A stretch of 64,000 bases of DNA, taken from assembly GCA_037388825.1 (NCBI GenBank), contig JARRJV010000025.1, positions 21,031-85,030 of the forward strand, in the 5' to 3' direction. Under the pieces are notes generated by a model that saw only the letters and a list, made by a program, of their open reading frames with translations, made no database searches and was not told where the DNA came from. Shown piece after piece: positions 9,459-20,244 of this stretch. Source of the DNA: Acidiferrobacteraceae bacterium. GTDB lineage: Bacteria; Pseudomonadota; Gammaproteobacteria; Acidiferrobacterales; JAJDNE01. How positions within the stretch are numbered: the first letter of the stretch is position 1; each line of letters opens with the position of its first letter. A program made the translations under genes and the position numbers.

Positions 9459-10364
9459 GTGACACACCAACAGGGAGACCGACCGGTGAGACTGCGACGA
9501 ATCGTACCGCTTGCAACACTGCTGGTGTTGCCACACGTGGCGCTCGCGAACGATGTGGGCATCTTTAGCGAGGTTGACGGGGACGTAACGATTCTTCGTG
9601 GCGATACTTATTACCAGGCCGCGACCGGTGTGGATGTCAACGAGCAGGACATCATCGAGACCGGGAAGCAAGGCTCCGCGCAACTGGACCTCGAGGATGG
9701 TTCCAGTCTGCGCATCGCCGGAAACAGCCGGGTACTGCTTTCCGATTATCAGCTTCGCGAGGACGGTAACGTCGTCAGGGCGACGGTCGATGTTCTTACC
9801 GGTTGGCTGCGGTTCGCAGTCAGCAAATTGCATGGCCATTCGAGCTACGGCTTCAACACCCCGGTCATGACCATCGGAATCCGGGGAACCCAGGGCATCA
9901 TTCAGGCCGATACGGGGGACGGCAGCCTGATGCTGGAAGAGGGACATGTTCGCGTTCACGGGATCGATGAAGAAGGAAATGAAAAACCCGGAGAGGAAGC
10001 CGTGGATGCGGGTCAGTATCTTTCTCGCCAACGGGGAAGGATGTTTGCCCGCCGGGCTGGAGCCCCGGCGGGCTTCTGGAGCCGTTTGCCTGCGCGCATG
10101 AAGCTTCGGCTCGTACGCAGGGCGCAGCTTCTGAAGCGGCATGGCATCCAGCCGCGTCCAATCCGGCGCATGCAGCGAAGGGATATGCTTCGCTATCTGC
10201 ACAATCATCCGGCCATGAAGTGGCGCTTGCGCCGTCGTTTTCAGGCGCGATGGAAGGACGATCCCGAATTCCGCAAGGCATTTGCGCGTCACCGTCGAGA
10301 CGTACGCGAGCGACGTCAAAACTGGCGCGAGCGCAGGCGGGTGCACCGGCATTTGGTGGACTAG
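9459..10364 (+). CDS. secreted FecR-domain protein with Arg-rich C-terminal half
   Basis: 301 aa with a signal-like N-terminus. A FecR-type beta-sandwich pattern is present (GDVTILRGD...DIIETGKQGSAQLDLEDGSSLRIAGNSRVLL). The C-terminal ~120 aa are extremely R/K-rich. Confidence 0.6.
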   Translation: MTHQQGDRPVRLRRIVPLATLLVLPHVALANDVGIFSEVDGDVTILRGDTYYQAATGVDVNEQDIIETGKQGSAQLDLEDGSSLRIAGNSRVLLSDYQLREDGNVVRATVDVLTGWLRFAVSKLHGHSSYGFNTPVMTIGIRGTQGIIQADTGDGSLMLEEGHVRVHGIDEEGNEKPGEEAVDAGQYLSRQRGRMFARRAGAPAGFWSRLPARMKLRLVRRAQLLKRHGIQPRPIRRMQRRDMLRYLHNHPAMKWRLRRRFQARWKDDPEFRKAFARHRRDVRERRQNWRERRRVHRHLVD

Positions 10365-10370
10365 GCGATC

Positions 10371-10874
10371 ATGCTGCGGGCCATCCGGGCGGACATCACC
10401 ACGCTGCAAGTTGACGCCATCGTAAATGCGGCCAACGAAAGTCTTTTGGGCGGCGGCGGTGTGGACGGCGCGATCCACCGCGCGGCGGGACCGGAACTGT
10501 TGGCCGCCTGCCGGGAAATCGGGGGTTGTCCCACGGGAGAGGCGCGCATCACGGCCGGATTCCGGTTGCCCGCGCGCTACGTGGTGCACACCGTGGGCCC
10601 GGTCTGGCACGGCGGCGATGCCGGGGAGGCGGCCCTGCTGGCCAATTGCTACCGAAACTCCCTGGAGCTGGCTCTGCAGCAGGGCGATATTCGAACCATC
10701 GCCTTTCCCGGCATCTCCACCGGGGTGTACGGCTATCCCAAGGAAGAGGCCGCGCGGGTCGCGATCACGATTTGTCGCGACTACGACTCGCGCTTTGAGG
10801 AGATCGTATTCTGCTGCTTCAGCGTGGAAGACCGGGAGCGCTACGAGCGACTGCTGGCTGCCGAATCGGACTAA
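10371..10874 (+). CDS. ymdB: macro-domain O-acetyl-ADP-ribose deacetylase
   Basis: 167 aa. [33 protein letters not shown] is the canonical macro-domain motif. Confidence 0.88.
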   Translation: MLRAIRADITTLQVDAIVNAANESLLGGGGVDGAIHRAAGPELLAACREIGGCPTGEARITAGFRLPARYVVHTVGPVWHGGDAGEAALLANCYRNSLELALQQGDIRTIAFPGISTGVYGYPKEEAARVAITICRDYDSRFEEIVFCCFSVEDRERYERLLAAESD

Positions 10875-10912
10875 ACCGGTTCATGCCATTGCGGCACGAA
10901 CCGGCCCGATGA

Positions 10913-11596
10913 CTAGTCGCCGATACGGAAACCCATTTTCAAGGAGTAGGAGTTGGTGCCACCGGTATTGTCCGCCTCCACCGTCAGGTTGAATGCGGTC
11001 AGGTCGAAGGCCAGGCCGTAGAAATAGCGGGACCTGGTTTTGCCGTAATCCGAAAAACCACTGCCGCTCAGGTCCGAACCGTTGAGCTGCACGAAACCGA
11101 TGCCGGCATAGGGCGAGATCGGTCCCAAGCCCTTGGAGATACTGGTGTCGAGCCCGGTGGTGGTGGCCTTGAGATAGCCCGGGACCTCATAGCTCGTATA
11201 GGAGCCACGTACGTTCCACGCCGGGGAGGCGATGCCGCCCTTCCAGATGGCGTAGCTCAGGGCCGCGCCGTAGCCGGTACCCGTAACCCCGGTAGTGGGG
11301 ATGCCGATGCTGGTGTAGTAGCCAGCGATGTCGAGGCCGGCGACCAGGCCTTTCTGGAATTTCAGTTTGGGCAGGACCACCGAGTTGCCCTGGAATTTGC
11401 CACTGGTGCCCTCGACGCTGATGTCGAAACCGACGATGCCCAGGGGTGCGGCCGCCGCGACCGCGCGGTACTCGGTGAGGACGCCAAATTCGTCCATCAA
11501 ATTGTTGAATGCGGCCTGCGATGCAGGGGGCGCTGCGTGGGCGACGGAGCTGGCGCCCACGAAGGCGACGGCAACCGGTATAAGACGCTTTTTCAT
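10913..11596 (-). CDS. putative outer-membrane beta-barrel protein
   Basis: Taken from MKKRLIPVAVAFVGASSVAHA (signal peptide). The rest is a Gly/Tyr/Ser/Thr-rich alternating pattern. No family was recognised. Confidence 0.55.
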   Translation of the reverse strand: MKKRLIPVAVAFVGASSVAHAAPPASQAAFNNLMDEFGVLTEYRAVAAAAPLGIVGFDISVEGTSGKFQGNSVVLPKLKFQKGLVAGLDIAGYYTSIGIPTTGVTGTGYGAALSYAIWKGGIASPAWNVRGSYTSYEVPGYLKATTTGLDTSISKGLGPISPYAGIGFVQLNGSDLSGSGFSDYGKTRSRYFYGLAFDLTAFNLTVEADNTGGTNSYSLKMGFRIGD

Positions 11597-11698
11597 TTCT
11601 TCCTCCATTCGGATGGGCCGGTCGCGTAGGGACTGGCATTGCCTGATAACTATAGTATCGGCGAACGCACGGCGAAAACCGTACCGGCCGTCGGTCCC

Positions 11699-13097
11699 TT
11701 AGCTACGGTCTTCCCCATTCGCTTCCGGAAAGATCTTCCCCGGATTGAGGATCCCTGCGGGATCGAACTCGTGCCGGATGCGCCGCATGAGATCCAGCGT
11801 TTCCGGGTCAATCTCGCGATTGATGTAGTCGCGTTTTTCCCGGCCGATTCCGTGTTCGCCGGAGAGGGTCCCGCCAAGGGAAAGAACCAGATCGAACACC
11901 GCGTCCAGGCACGGTCGCGCGTGCTCTTGTTGTTCCGGGTCCTGCGAGTCGTACAAGAGATTGACGTGAATGTTGCCGTTACCGGCATGACCGAAATTGA
12001 CGATGGTAATACCATACCTGCGGCTGATCGTTTCCAGGCCGTCGATCAGATTTGGTATCCGTGATACCGGGACCACCACATCCTCGTTCAACTTGTTGGG
12101 TGCCACCGTGCGCAGGGCCGGTGACAACGCCTTACGCGCCGCCCACAGTTGTGCCGCCTCCTCCGCTGTCTGTGCCTGGCGCAGGTCCACCAGGCCATCG
12201 TTACTGGCAGCGCGCGAAACGGCTTCCACTGCCGCGTCCAGACCGGCAAGCGGGCCGTCGACTTCAATCATCAACATCGCCCCGGCGCCCTCGGGCAAGT
12301 CGGCACCGGCGTACTCGCGCGCCATGGAAATGGCGCGTGCATCCATGAACTCAAGGGAACGCGGGATGGTTGCCTGGCCCATGACGGCCGATACGGCCTC
12401 CGCGGCATGGCTGATGTTCTGGTATGCCACACGCAGGGTACGTATGGCCTCGGGCAGCGGCGCGAGCTTCAGGGTCAGTTCGGTGATAATCGCCAGTGTT
12501 CCTTCGGAGCCGATCAGCAGGCGGGTCAGGTCGTAGCCAACCACCCCCTTGGTGGTGTACACGCCGGTCTGGATGGACTCGCCGGCGCCGGTGACCGCCT
12601 TGAGGCCAAGGACATTATCGCGCGTGGTGCCGTACTTCAGGGCGCGCGGGCCCGCGGCGTTGACTGCCGCGTTGCCGCCAATGGTGCAGAAAGCGGCACT
12701 GGTGGGATCTGGCGGCCAGAAGAAACCGTGTTCGGCAGCGGCATCCTGTGCTGTCTGGTTGAGCACACCGGCTTCGACCACCATCACCCGGTTGGCCGGG
12801 TCGGTGGAGAGGATGCGATCCATGCGCTCCAGGGAAAGCACAACGCCCCCGGCGTACGGTACCGCCCCACCGGCGGTGCCGGTGCCGCGCCCACGAACGG
12901 TCAGGGAAATGGATCGCGATCGACACTCGCGCACGAGTTCCACAACTTCCTGTTCCGTGACGGCGAGCGCGACGGCTGCAGGTGGTGAGAGGTGGCGTGA
13001 GTTGTCCTGACCATAGACCCAGCATTCGGCGGGGTCCGTGAGCAGGCGTTCGGCGCCAAAGATCTCCCGCAGACGTGTCAGGAATTCGGGATCCAGC

Positions 13098-13111
<14 letters not shown>
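11699..13111 (-). CDS. FAD-linked oxidase (GlcD / D-lactate dehydrogenase family)
   Basis: The GTG at 13111 ([14 protein letters not shown]...) avoids overlap with hldC. The FAD-binding PCMH-type N-domain ([16 protein letters not shown]) and the C-terminal [10 protein letters not shown] motif are both present. Confidence 0.8.
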
Positions 13112-14577
<1,466 letters not shown>

Positions 14578-16542
14578 TGATGTCCAGTTGTTCGCGATAC
14601 CGTACGACGGTGTCCAGCAGACGCGGGATTCCGTGGCGGAACCGGGCCCAGATCAACTGCCGATGAATGTGTCCCGCCGGGTCGATGCTCAGGCCGCTCG
14701 TCACCCCGTTGTAGTGCACTGTGTCATCGCTGGCGATGCGCCCCAGATGAGGCGCCACCGCATAGCTGTCCACACCCAGGGCAAACAGGCGGTCGTAGGG
14801 GGAGTAGGCGTAGGGCCAGCCTTTCTGGAGTTTCTGCCGCAGCGCCTCCATGCGTGGATTGCGAAGCAGCATCCATGGCATGTCGCCGAAGACGACACCG
14901 TTCAGATCGGCATCCTTGGCCGCATCCGGTCGGCCGTAGTAGATGCTGGAGGTCGAGTAAACAGGAATGTTCGAGGCCTGGTTGTAGTTCAGCTGCGGTT
15001 TGATCAGCCGGCCGCGCTGGGGATCGGCGGCAAGAAAAATCATGTCGATGTCCTGGCGAGCCCGGGGTTCGAACTTCAGCTTCAGCTTCAGTTTGTGTTG
15101 GAGCAGGGCATCGCGCTCCATGCTTTGCGTGATGTTCAACAGGTTCTGAATCGGTTTCGAATAGTCGGCTTTGTTGTTTTCGTAGGCCTCACTCGTGACG
15201 ATGATTCCACCGAGGGTGCGCCAGTGGTCACTGAAGGCCTTGAACATACGTTGGCCCCATTCGTTGTCGGGATACAGAATTGCCGCCTGGCGATGGCCGT
15301 CGAGGTAGGCTCGCTCCGCGGCCTGCCTCGCCTCCTGCTCCGGCGGTAGACCAAACTGGAAAACATTGTCGTCGCGTACGTTCCCGCTGGTGTGGCTCAG
15401 GAGTATCGTCGGTACCGACAGGTCACCGCTGGATGCCAGGCGATCGACGGCATCGGCACCGAGCGGGCCGATCACCAGTTGCGCGCCATCGTCGACTGCC
15501 TGTTCGTAGAAATCCGGTGCCTTCTTTGGATCATCGCCGATGTCGTACACGCGAATCGTCGGTTTGTCCGGGCTCGGGTTGTTGGCATCCATGGCCATAA
15601 AGCCATCGCGTACGGCCTGCGCGGCCCGCCCGTAGCGGGACGTGAGCGGTAGAAGCAGGGCGATGCGATCGATGCGACCGATCATGGTCGGACGACGACT
15701 GCCAATGGTGGCGAGCAGATCAGGCGAAACCGGGTGTCCGGGATAACGCTGCTTCCATGCATCGATTGCGCCCGGGAGGCTGCGCGGGTTGTGTGCACCC
15801 TCGATACCAACGGTGGCAAGATCGATCCAGCCGCGCAGCACGGTGTTCGATTCGCGGGCACGACGGGACTGCAATTCGGCCTGCGGAAGGGAACTCAGGA
15901 TGGACCACAGCTGCAGCTGATTGTTCTCAATCTTCTTCTTGTCTGCCAGATACTGCTCGCGCTTTACGAGGTCGCGAACCGAGCGGAACGGATGGCCCAG
16001 GGAGAGATTCGCTTGCGCCCGGACCCAGTAGATATCGGCGACCTGATCCGGGCCAATGTTGTGTATCCGCGAGGCGGCGGCGGCGAGAAGAATGGCGCGT
16101 GCCGAATCCCCTTCGGCATGGGCGAGCCGCGCTTCAAGTACAAGCTTGCGTGCGCGCAGAATCGGACTGAGCCCGGTTACATCAATCTCATCGATGCGTC
16201 GCCGCGCTTCTGCAAACTGGGCCGCCTGGATCGTTTGCGCCAGTGCCTTGAGCTGGTAGTCCTGCTTCCTGGGTGGTGTCGCGGTCTCAGCAAGTTGATC
16301 GTAGATTCGCGCTGCCCGCAGAAATTCACCGGCGGCCTCGGCCTGGGCGCCGGCATCGGTCGTGGCCGGGCCTTCCGTTACGGGTTTCGGGGCCGTGGTC
16401 TGACACCCATTGATCAACAACAGCACGAGGCTGAGGAGCAGGAGTCCCGCGCCCTGCCGGATCGATGTCGCCGGGGTGATTCTCACGTTCGTAGTCCAAA
16501 TCGGGTATAAAGCGTGGGAAAGTATCCAAGCAGGGCACAGGC

Positions 16543-17397
16543 ATGTCAAACGAGCGCGGGACCCTTTATCTTGTGGCGACACCCATCGGTAACCTGGGTG
16601 ACATGAGCGCGCGGGCCATCGAAACACTCAAGAAAGTGGACCTGATCGCGGCCGAGGATACACGGCACAGCGCGCCCCTGCTGCGTCATTTCTCCATTGC
16701 CACCACCACCACTTCGTTTCATGAACACAACGAAGCGGAGAAGGTTGGACAGCTCGTCGACCGCCTGCGCGCGGGCGAGGATATCGCCCTGATCAGCGAT
16801 GCCGGGACGCCGCTCGTAAACGACCCCGGCTATCGCCTCGTACGGGCCGCGCGCGACGATGGGCTGCGGGTTGTCGCGGTGCCCGGGCCCTGTGCTGCCA
16901 TCGCCGCACTGTCAGTTTCCGGATTGCCAACCGATGAGTTTGTCTTCGCCGGCTTCCCGCCGCCGCGCCGGGAAGCGCGCCGGCGTTGGTTTCAGGAACG
17001 TGCGAACGAGCGGCGTACCCAGATTTTCTACGAAAGCCCGCATCGGATCGTGGAATCCCTGGAAGACATGGCGGCGGTCTACGGAGGGGATCGGGCGGTG
17101 GCCGTCGCAAGGGAACTGACCAAGCGTTATGAGACTGTTCTCGACGGTCCGCTGGTCGCGGTTGTCGAGCGGGTCCGGGACGATCCCAATCAACAGAAGG
17201 GCGAATTCGTGGTCCTGCTTCGGGGGCGGGAAAAGAGAGAAGACGAGATGCCGGATGAAGCGGTGCGAACCCTGGAGATCCTGGCTTCCGAGTTACCGCC
17301 GCGCCAGGCGGCGGCCCTGGCAAGCCAGATTACGGGGCTGGCAAAGAACCGCCTGTATCGGTGGCTGGTGAACTCCGGCTCCGGGAGCAGCAGCTAG
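16543..17397 (+). CDS. rsmI: 16S rRNA (cytidine1402-2'-O)-methyltransferase
   Basis: 284 aa. GTLYLVATPIGNLGDMS...AEDTR is the RsmI signature. Confidence 0.92.
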   Translation: MSNERGTLYLVATPIGNLGDMSARAIETLKKVDLIAAEDTRHSAPLLRHFSIATTTTSFHEHNEAEKVGQLVDRLRAGEDIALISDAGTPLVNDPGYRLVRAARDDGLRVVAVPGPCAAIAALSVSGLPTDEFVFAGFPPPRREARRRWFQERANERRTQIFYESPHRIVESLEDMAAVYGGDRAVAVARELTKRYETVLDGPLVAVVERVRDDPNQQKGEFVVLLRGREKREDEMPDEAVRTLEILASELPPRQAAALASQITGLAKNRLYRWLVNSGSGSSS

Positions 17398-17466
17398 CCC
17401 GGCTGGCACCAAAAGCCGCGGCTGAATATGCCTGTTACCAAGCACAGGAGGAGGGTTGTGACCGGT

Positions 17467-17634
17467 TCAGTGTGCGAGCCACCCCAGAATGGCGGGAGCC
17501 AGCAGACACACAAGAAACAGGCTGAGGTTCAAATAGTGGCTGATGCGATCAGCCGGACCTGGATTCTCCACGTAGCGGATGTATCCCAGTTGTGAGCCTG
17601 CTTCGATAATCACTTTTGCCAATTTGCGTTTCAT
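17467..17634 (-). CDS. hypothetical 55-aa small membrane protein (below ORF-track cutoff)
   Basis: An ATG is preceded by AGGAG at about -8. Translation: MKRKLAKVIIEAGSQLGYIRYVENPGPADRISHYLNLSLFLVCLLAPAILGWLAH, with a C-terminal hydrophobic helix. No family was recognised. Confidence 0.35.
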   Translation of the reverse strand: MKRKLAKVIIEAGSQLGYIRYVENPGPADRISHYLNLSLFLVCLLAPAILGWLAH

Positions 17635-17957
17635 CTCAGGTCTCCTAGGTTTTGTTTCCCGGGAGCGCGTTAGCCGTTCTTGCCGTGTTTAGATTGCAAC
17701 CCACGTGCCATCTGTGGCGAGGGACGGGAAACCGGGACGTTTCTTTTTGCAATCATACGCTTATCAATGGGACCGGATATTGACGGACGTCGATAGTGGG
17801 CCAAAGCGATGGCTTACCGCCCACGAATGGAAAACCCAGTGCACTATTCTGGTGCGAGTTCCGAATCACGTCGTTGGTTGAGGCTGTTATCCTTCCGGCG
17901 CGGATGGTGGCGGTGTGAGTGCCTACTCCGGGAGGTGAGTTGGAGCCTTTTTAACTA

Positions 17958-17963
17958 TATAAT
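17958..17963 (+). promoter_or_regulatory. -10 box (TATAAT) of candidate rnpB promoter
   Basis: A perfect TATAAT lies 7 nt upstream of the inferred RNase P RNA 5' end. There is no convincing -35. Confidence 0.4.
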
Positions 17964-17970
17964 TGCCGGC

Positions 17971-18318
17971 GGAGTCGGCCAGACAGTCGCTGCGCGCTTG
18001 GCGCGTGGAGGAAAGTCCGGGCTCCACAGGGCAAGGTGCCAGGTAACGCCTGGGGGGCGAGAGCCCACGGAAAGTGCCACAGAAAATACACCGCCTAAGC
18101 GGCCCTCGGGCCGCCGGTAAGGGTGAAATGGTGCGGTAAGAGCGCACCGCGCCGCTGGCAACAGCGGTGGCAGGGAAAACCCCACCTGGAGCAAGGCCAA
18201 ATAGGGGAACCATGGCGTGGCCCGCGCCGTTCCCGGGTAGGCTGCATGAGGCGTACGGCGACGTGCGTCCCAGATGAATGACTGTCCACGACAGAACCCG
18301 GCTTATCGGCTGACTCAT
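17971..18318 (+). ncRNA. rnpB: RNase P RNA, bacterial type A
   Basis: Universal blocks GGAGGAAAGTCCGGGCTCCACAGGGCAAGGTGCCAGGTAACGCCTGG and ACAGAACCCGGCTTATCGGCTGACTC are present. P1 pairs ggagtcggcc with ggctgactc. The ends are approximate (+/- 5 nt). Confidence 0.9.
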
Positions 18319-18329
18319 CCTCTTCCAAT

Positions 18330-18365
18330 CCTCCAATATTTCAGTATATTGGAGGGTTCTTCTCT
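18330..18365 (+). terminator. hairpin terminator after rnpB
   Basis: cctccaatat / atattggagg form a 10-bp stem with a 6-nt loop, followed by a T-rich tract (gttcttctct). Confidence 0.5.
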
Positions 18366-18474
18366 ATCAGTTTCTTAGAAATTCTCCCGGCGGTTCTGCC
18401 GATGACGCTTCATCGAACCTCGCTAAACGCTTGTCGAAAAAAGGAAACTTGCCCCCCTGCGGTGGGAAATTCGC

Positions 18475-18504
18475 TTGACAGTGCTCTGAGATGGTACATA
18501 TAGT
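18475..18504 (+). promoter_or_regulatory. Pmra-like sigma70 promoter of the dcw cluster
   Basis: TTGACA (18475-18480), an 18-nt spacer, then TATAGT (18499-18504). Confidence 0.65.
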
Positions 18505-18537
18505 GTGGATTAGTGGGAAAATGTGGGTAAATGTGGG
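18503..18537 (+). promoter_or_regulatory. putative MraZ operator: four GTG(T/G)GG repeats phased at 10 bp
   Basis: tagtgtggat / tagtgggaaa / atgtgggtaa / atgtgggtag are consecutive 10-mers just downstream of the -10. An extra GTGGG lies at 18462-18466. Confidence 0.6.
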
Positions 18538-18560
18538 TAGGAGCACTTCCGGGAGGAGGT

Positions 18561-19016
18561 ATGTATCGCGGTGTCAGCACCATCAATCTGGACAGCAAGG
18601 GGCGAATGGCGATTCCGACGCGCTATCGCGATGGCCTGCTGCGCCAGTGCGAAGGCCATATGGTGGTCACCGTCGATCGTGACACCTGCCTGCTTCTGTA
18701 CCCCCTGCCCGAATGGGAAGAGATCGAGCGCAAACTGGTGCGCCTCCCGAGTTTTAACAAGCAGGCCCGGCGCCTGCAGCGACTGCTGATCGGACATGCC
18801 ACCGAATGCGAACTGGACGGCAACGGGCGCATCCTGTTGCCCCCGCCGCTACGCGAGTTCGCCGGCCTGGACAAGGCAGTGGTACTCATCGGTCAGGGCA
18901 ACAAATTCGAGGTATGGGATGAGGCCCGCTGGGCCAGCCGGCGTGACGAGTGGATGCAGGCCGGAGATGAAGACGAAGGCGAACTCCCGGACGAACTGGG
19001 TTCGCTGTCGTTATAG
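18561..19016 (+). CDS. mraZ: transcriptional regulator MraZ
   Basis: The ATG at 18561 follows [28 protein letters not shown] and the second SpoVT-AbrB repeat ([15 protein letters not shown]) are present. Confidence 0.92.
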   Translation: MYRGVSTINLDSKGRMAIPTRYRDGLLRQCEGHMVVTVDRDTCLLLYPLPEWEEIERKLVRLPSFNKQARRLQRLLIGHATECELDGNGRILLPPPLREFAGLDKAVVLIGQGNKFEVWDEARWASRRDEWMQAGDEDEGELPDELGSLSL

Positions 19017-19024
19017 GACGGCGA

Positions 19025-19966
19025 TTGGAGGAGCGTGCACATGAGCCAGTACTTCTGGAGGCCGTGCTGAACGCGTTACAGCCTCGCGCAGGTGGCGTGT
19101 ACGTGGACGCGACCTTTGGCCGCGGCGGCCACGCCGGCGCCATTTTGCGGGGACTGGGTGATGAGGGTCGACTGCTGGCCATGGATCAGGATCCGGAAGC
19201 CGTGGCCGTAGCGGAAAAAGAATTTGCCGGCGATGACCGGTTTGAAATAAGGCGCGGACCTTTTTCGATGTTGGGACAGTACGTGCAGGACTTGGGACTC
19301 ATTGGGCAGGTCGACGGAATTCTGTTGGACCTGGGGGTCTCGTCTCCCCAACTGGATGAACCAGCCCGCGGCTTCAGCTTCAGGCATGCCGGACCTCTGG
19401 ACATGCGTATGGATCCGGATCGCGGTGAATCGGCAGCCGATTGGCTGAATCGTGCAACGGAACAGGAAATCGCGCGGGTGATTCGCGACTATGGCGAAGA
19501 GCGGTTCGCCCGTCGAATCGCCCGTACCGTTGTCGCCGAGCGCGAACAGGCTCCCATCGAAACCACCGAGCAGCTTGCAGCGATTTGTGTTCGCGCCGTG
19601 CCCACGCGCGAACCCGGAAAGGATCCGGCCACGCGAACCTTCCAGGCCATCCGTATCCATATTAATCATGAACTCGACGAGCTCGAGTCGGCGTTGCCGC
19701 AGGCGGTGGAGGTGCTGCGGGAGGGCGGAAGACTCGCGGTCATCAGTTTTCATTCGCTCGAAGACCGGATCGTGAAGAGGTTTATGCAGAAAGAGGCGCG
19801 CGGCGACGAGTTTCCTCCCGACCTTCCGATTCCACAATCGGAGCTGAAACCACGTTTGCGGATCGTCGGCAAACCGGTGAGGGCCGGTACCGAGGAGGTG
19901 CAGCGCAATCCGCGGGCCCGCAGTGCGGTTCTTCGCGTCGCCGAACGAATCGGAGTCCGGCCATGA
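19025..19966 (+). CDS. rsmH: 16S rRNA (cytosine1402-N4)-methyltransferase
   Basis: 313 aa with a TTG start. HEPVLL...DATFGRGGH...[11 protein letters not shown] motifs are present. Confidence 0.92.
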   Translation: MEERAHEPVLLEAVLNALQPRAGGVYVDATFGRGGHAGAILRGLGDEGRLLAMDQDPEAVAVAEKEFAGDDRFEIRRGPFSMLGQYVQDLGLIGQVDGILLDLGVSSPQLDEPARGFSFRHAGPLDMRMDPDRGESAADWLNRATEQEIARVIRDYGEERFARRIARTVVAEREQAPIETTEQLAAICVRAVPTREPGKDPATRTFQAIRIHINHELDELESALPQAVEVLREGGRLAVISFHSLEDRIVKRFMQKEARGDEFPPDLPIPQSELKPRLRIVGKPVRAGTEEVQRNPRARSAVLRVAERIGVRP

Positions 19967-20244
19967 ACCGGCGCGTTGTCATTCTCGCCGCCTGCCTGAC
20001 CGTGACCGCCATCACCGTCATCGAATTGCGCCACCGAAGCCGGGATCAGTTCGCCGAGCTTCAGCAGCTGCTTGCCCAAAGGGATGCGCTCAACACGGAA
20101 TGGGGACGTCTATTGCTGGAGGAGGGGGCCTGGTCCCAGCATCGACGGGTCGAGGCCATCGCGCGCACGCGTCTGGGGATGACCACGCCGGATTCGAAGC
20201 AGGCAGTGGTCCTGGATCTGCGTGCCGGTGGAGACAAGCCATGA
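19963..20244 (+). CDS. ftsL: cell division protein FtsL
   Basis: 93 aa. The product is bitopic with a coiled coil ([34 protein letters not shown]). The gene lies between rsmH and ftsI. Confidence 0.85.
   Translation: MNRRVVILAACLTVTAITVIELRHRSRDQFAELQQLLAQRDALNTEWGRLLLEEGAWSQHRRVEAIARTRLGMTTPDSKQAVVLDLRAGGDKP

Noticed and set aside
19923-20240. Long N-terminal extensions suggested by the ORF track. Affected genes include ftsI from 19923, murG from 27807, petC from 7250, trpA from 61108, secA from 39890, lpxC from 36219, lpoA to 16627, glcD-like to 13291, diaA-like to 14308, the CCG protein from 49996, mutT from 43747, and others.
   Set aside because: The conserved protein N-termini begin at internal ATG or GTG codons. 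These sit at stop-start overlaps or behind Shine-Dalgarno sequences. The upstream parts overlap the preceding gene and translate to non-homologous junk.
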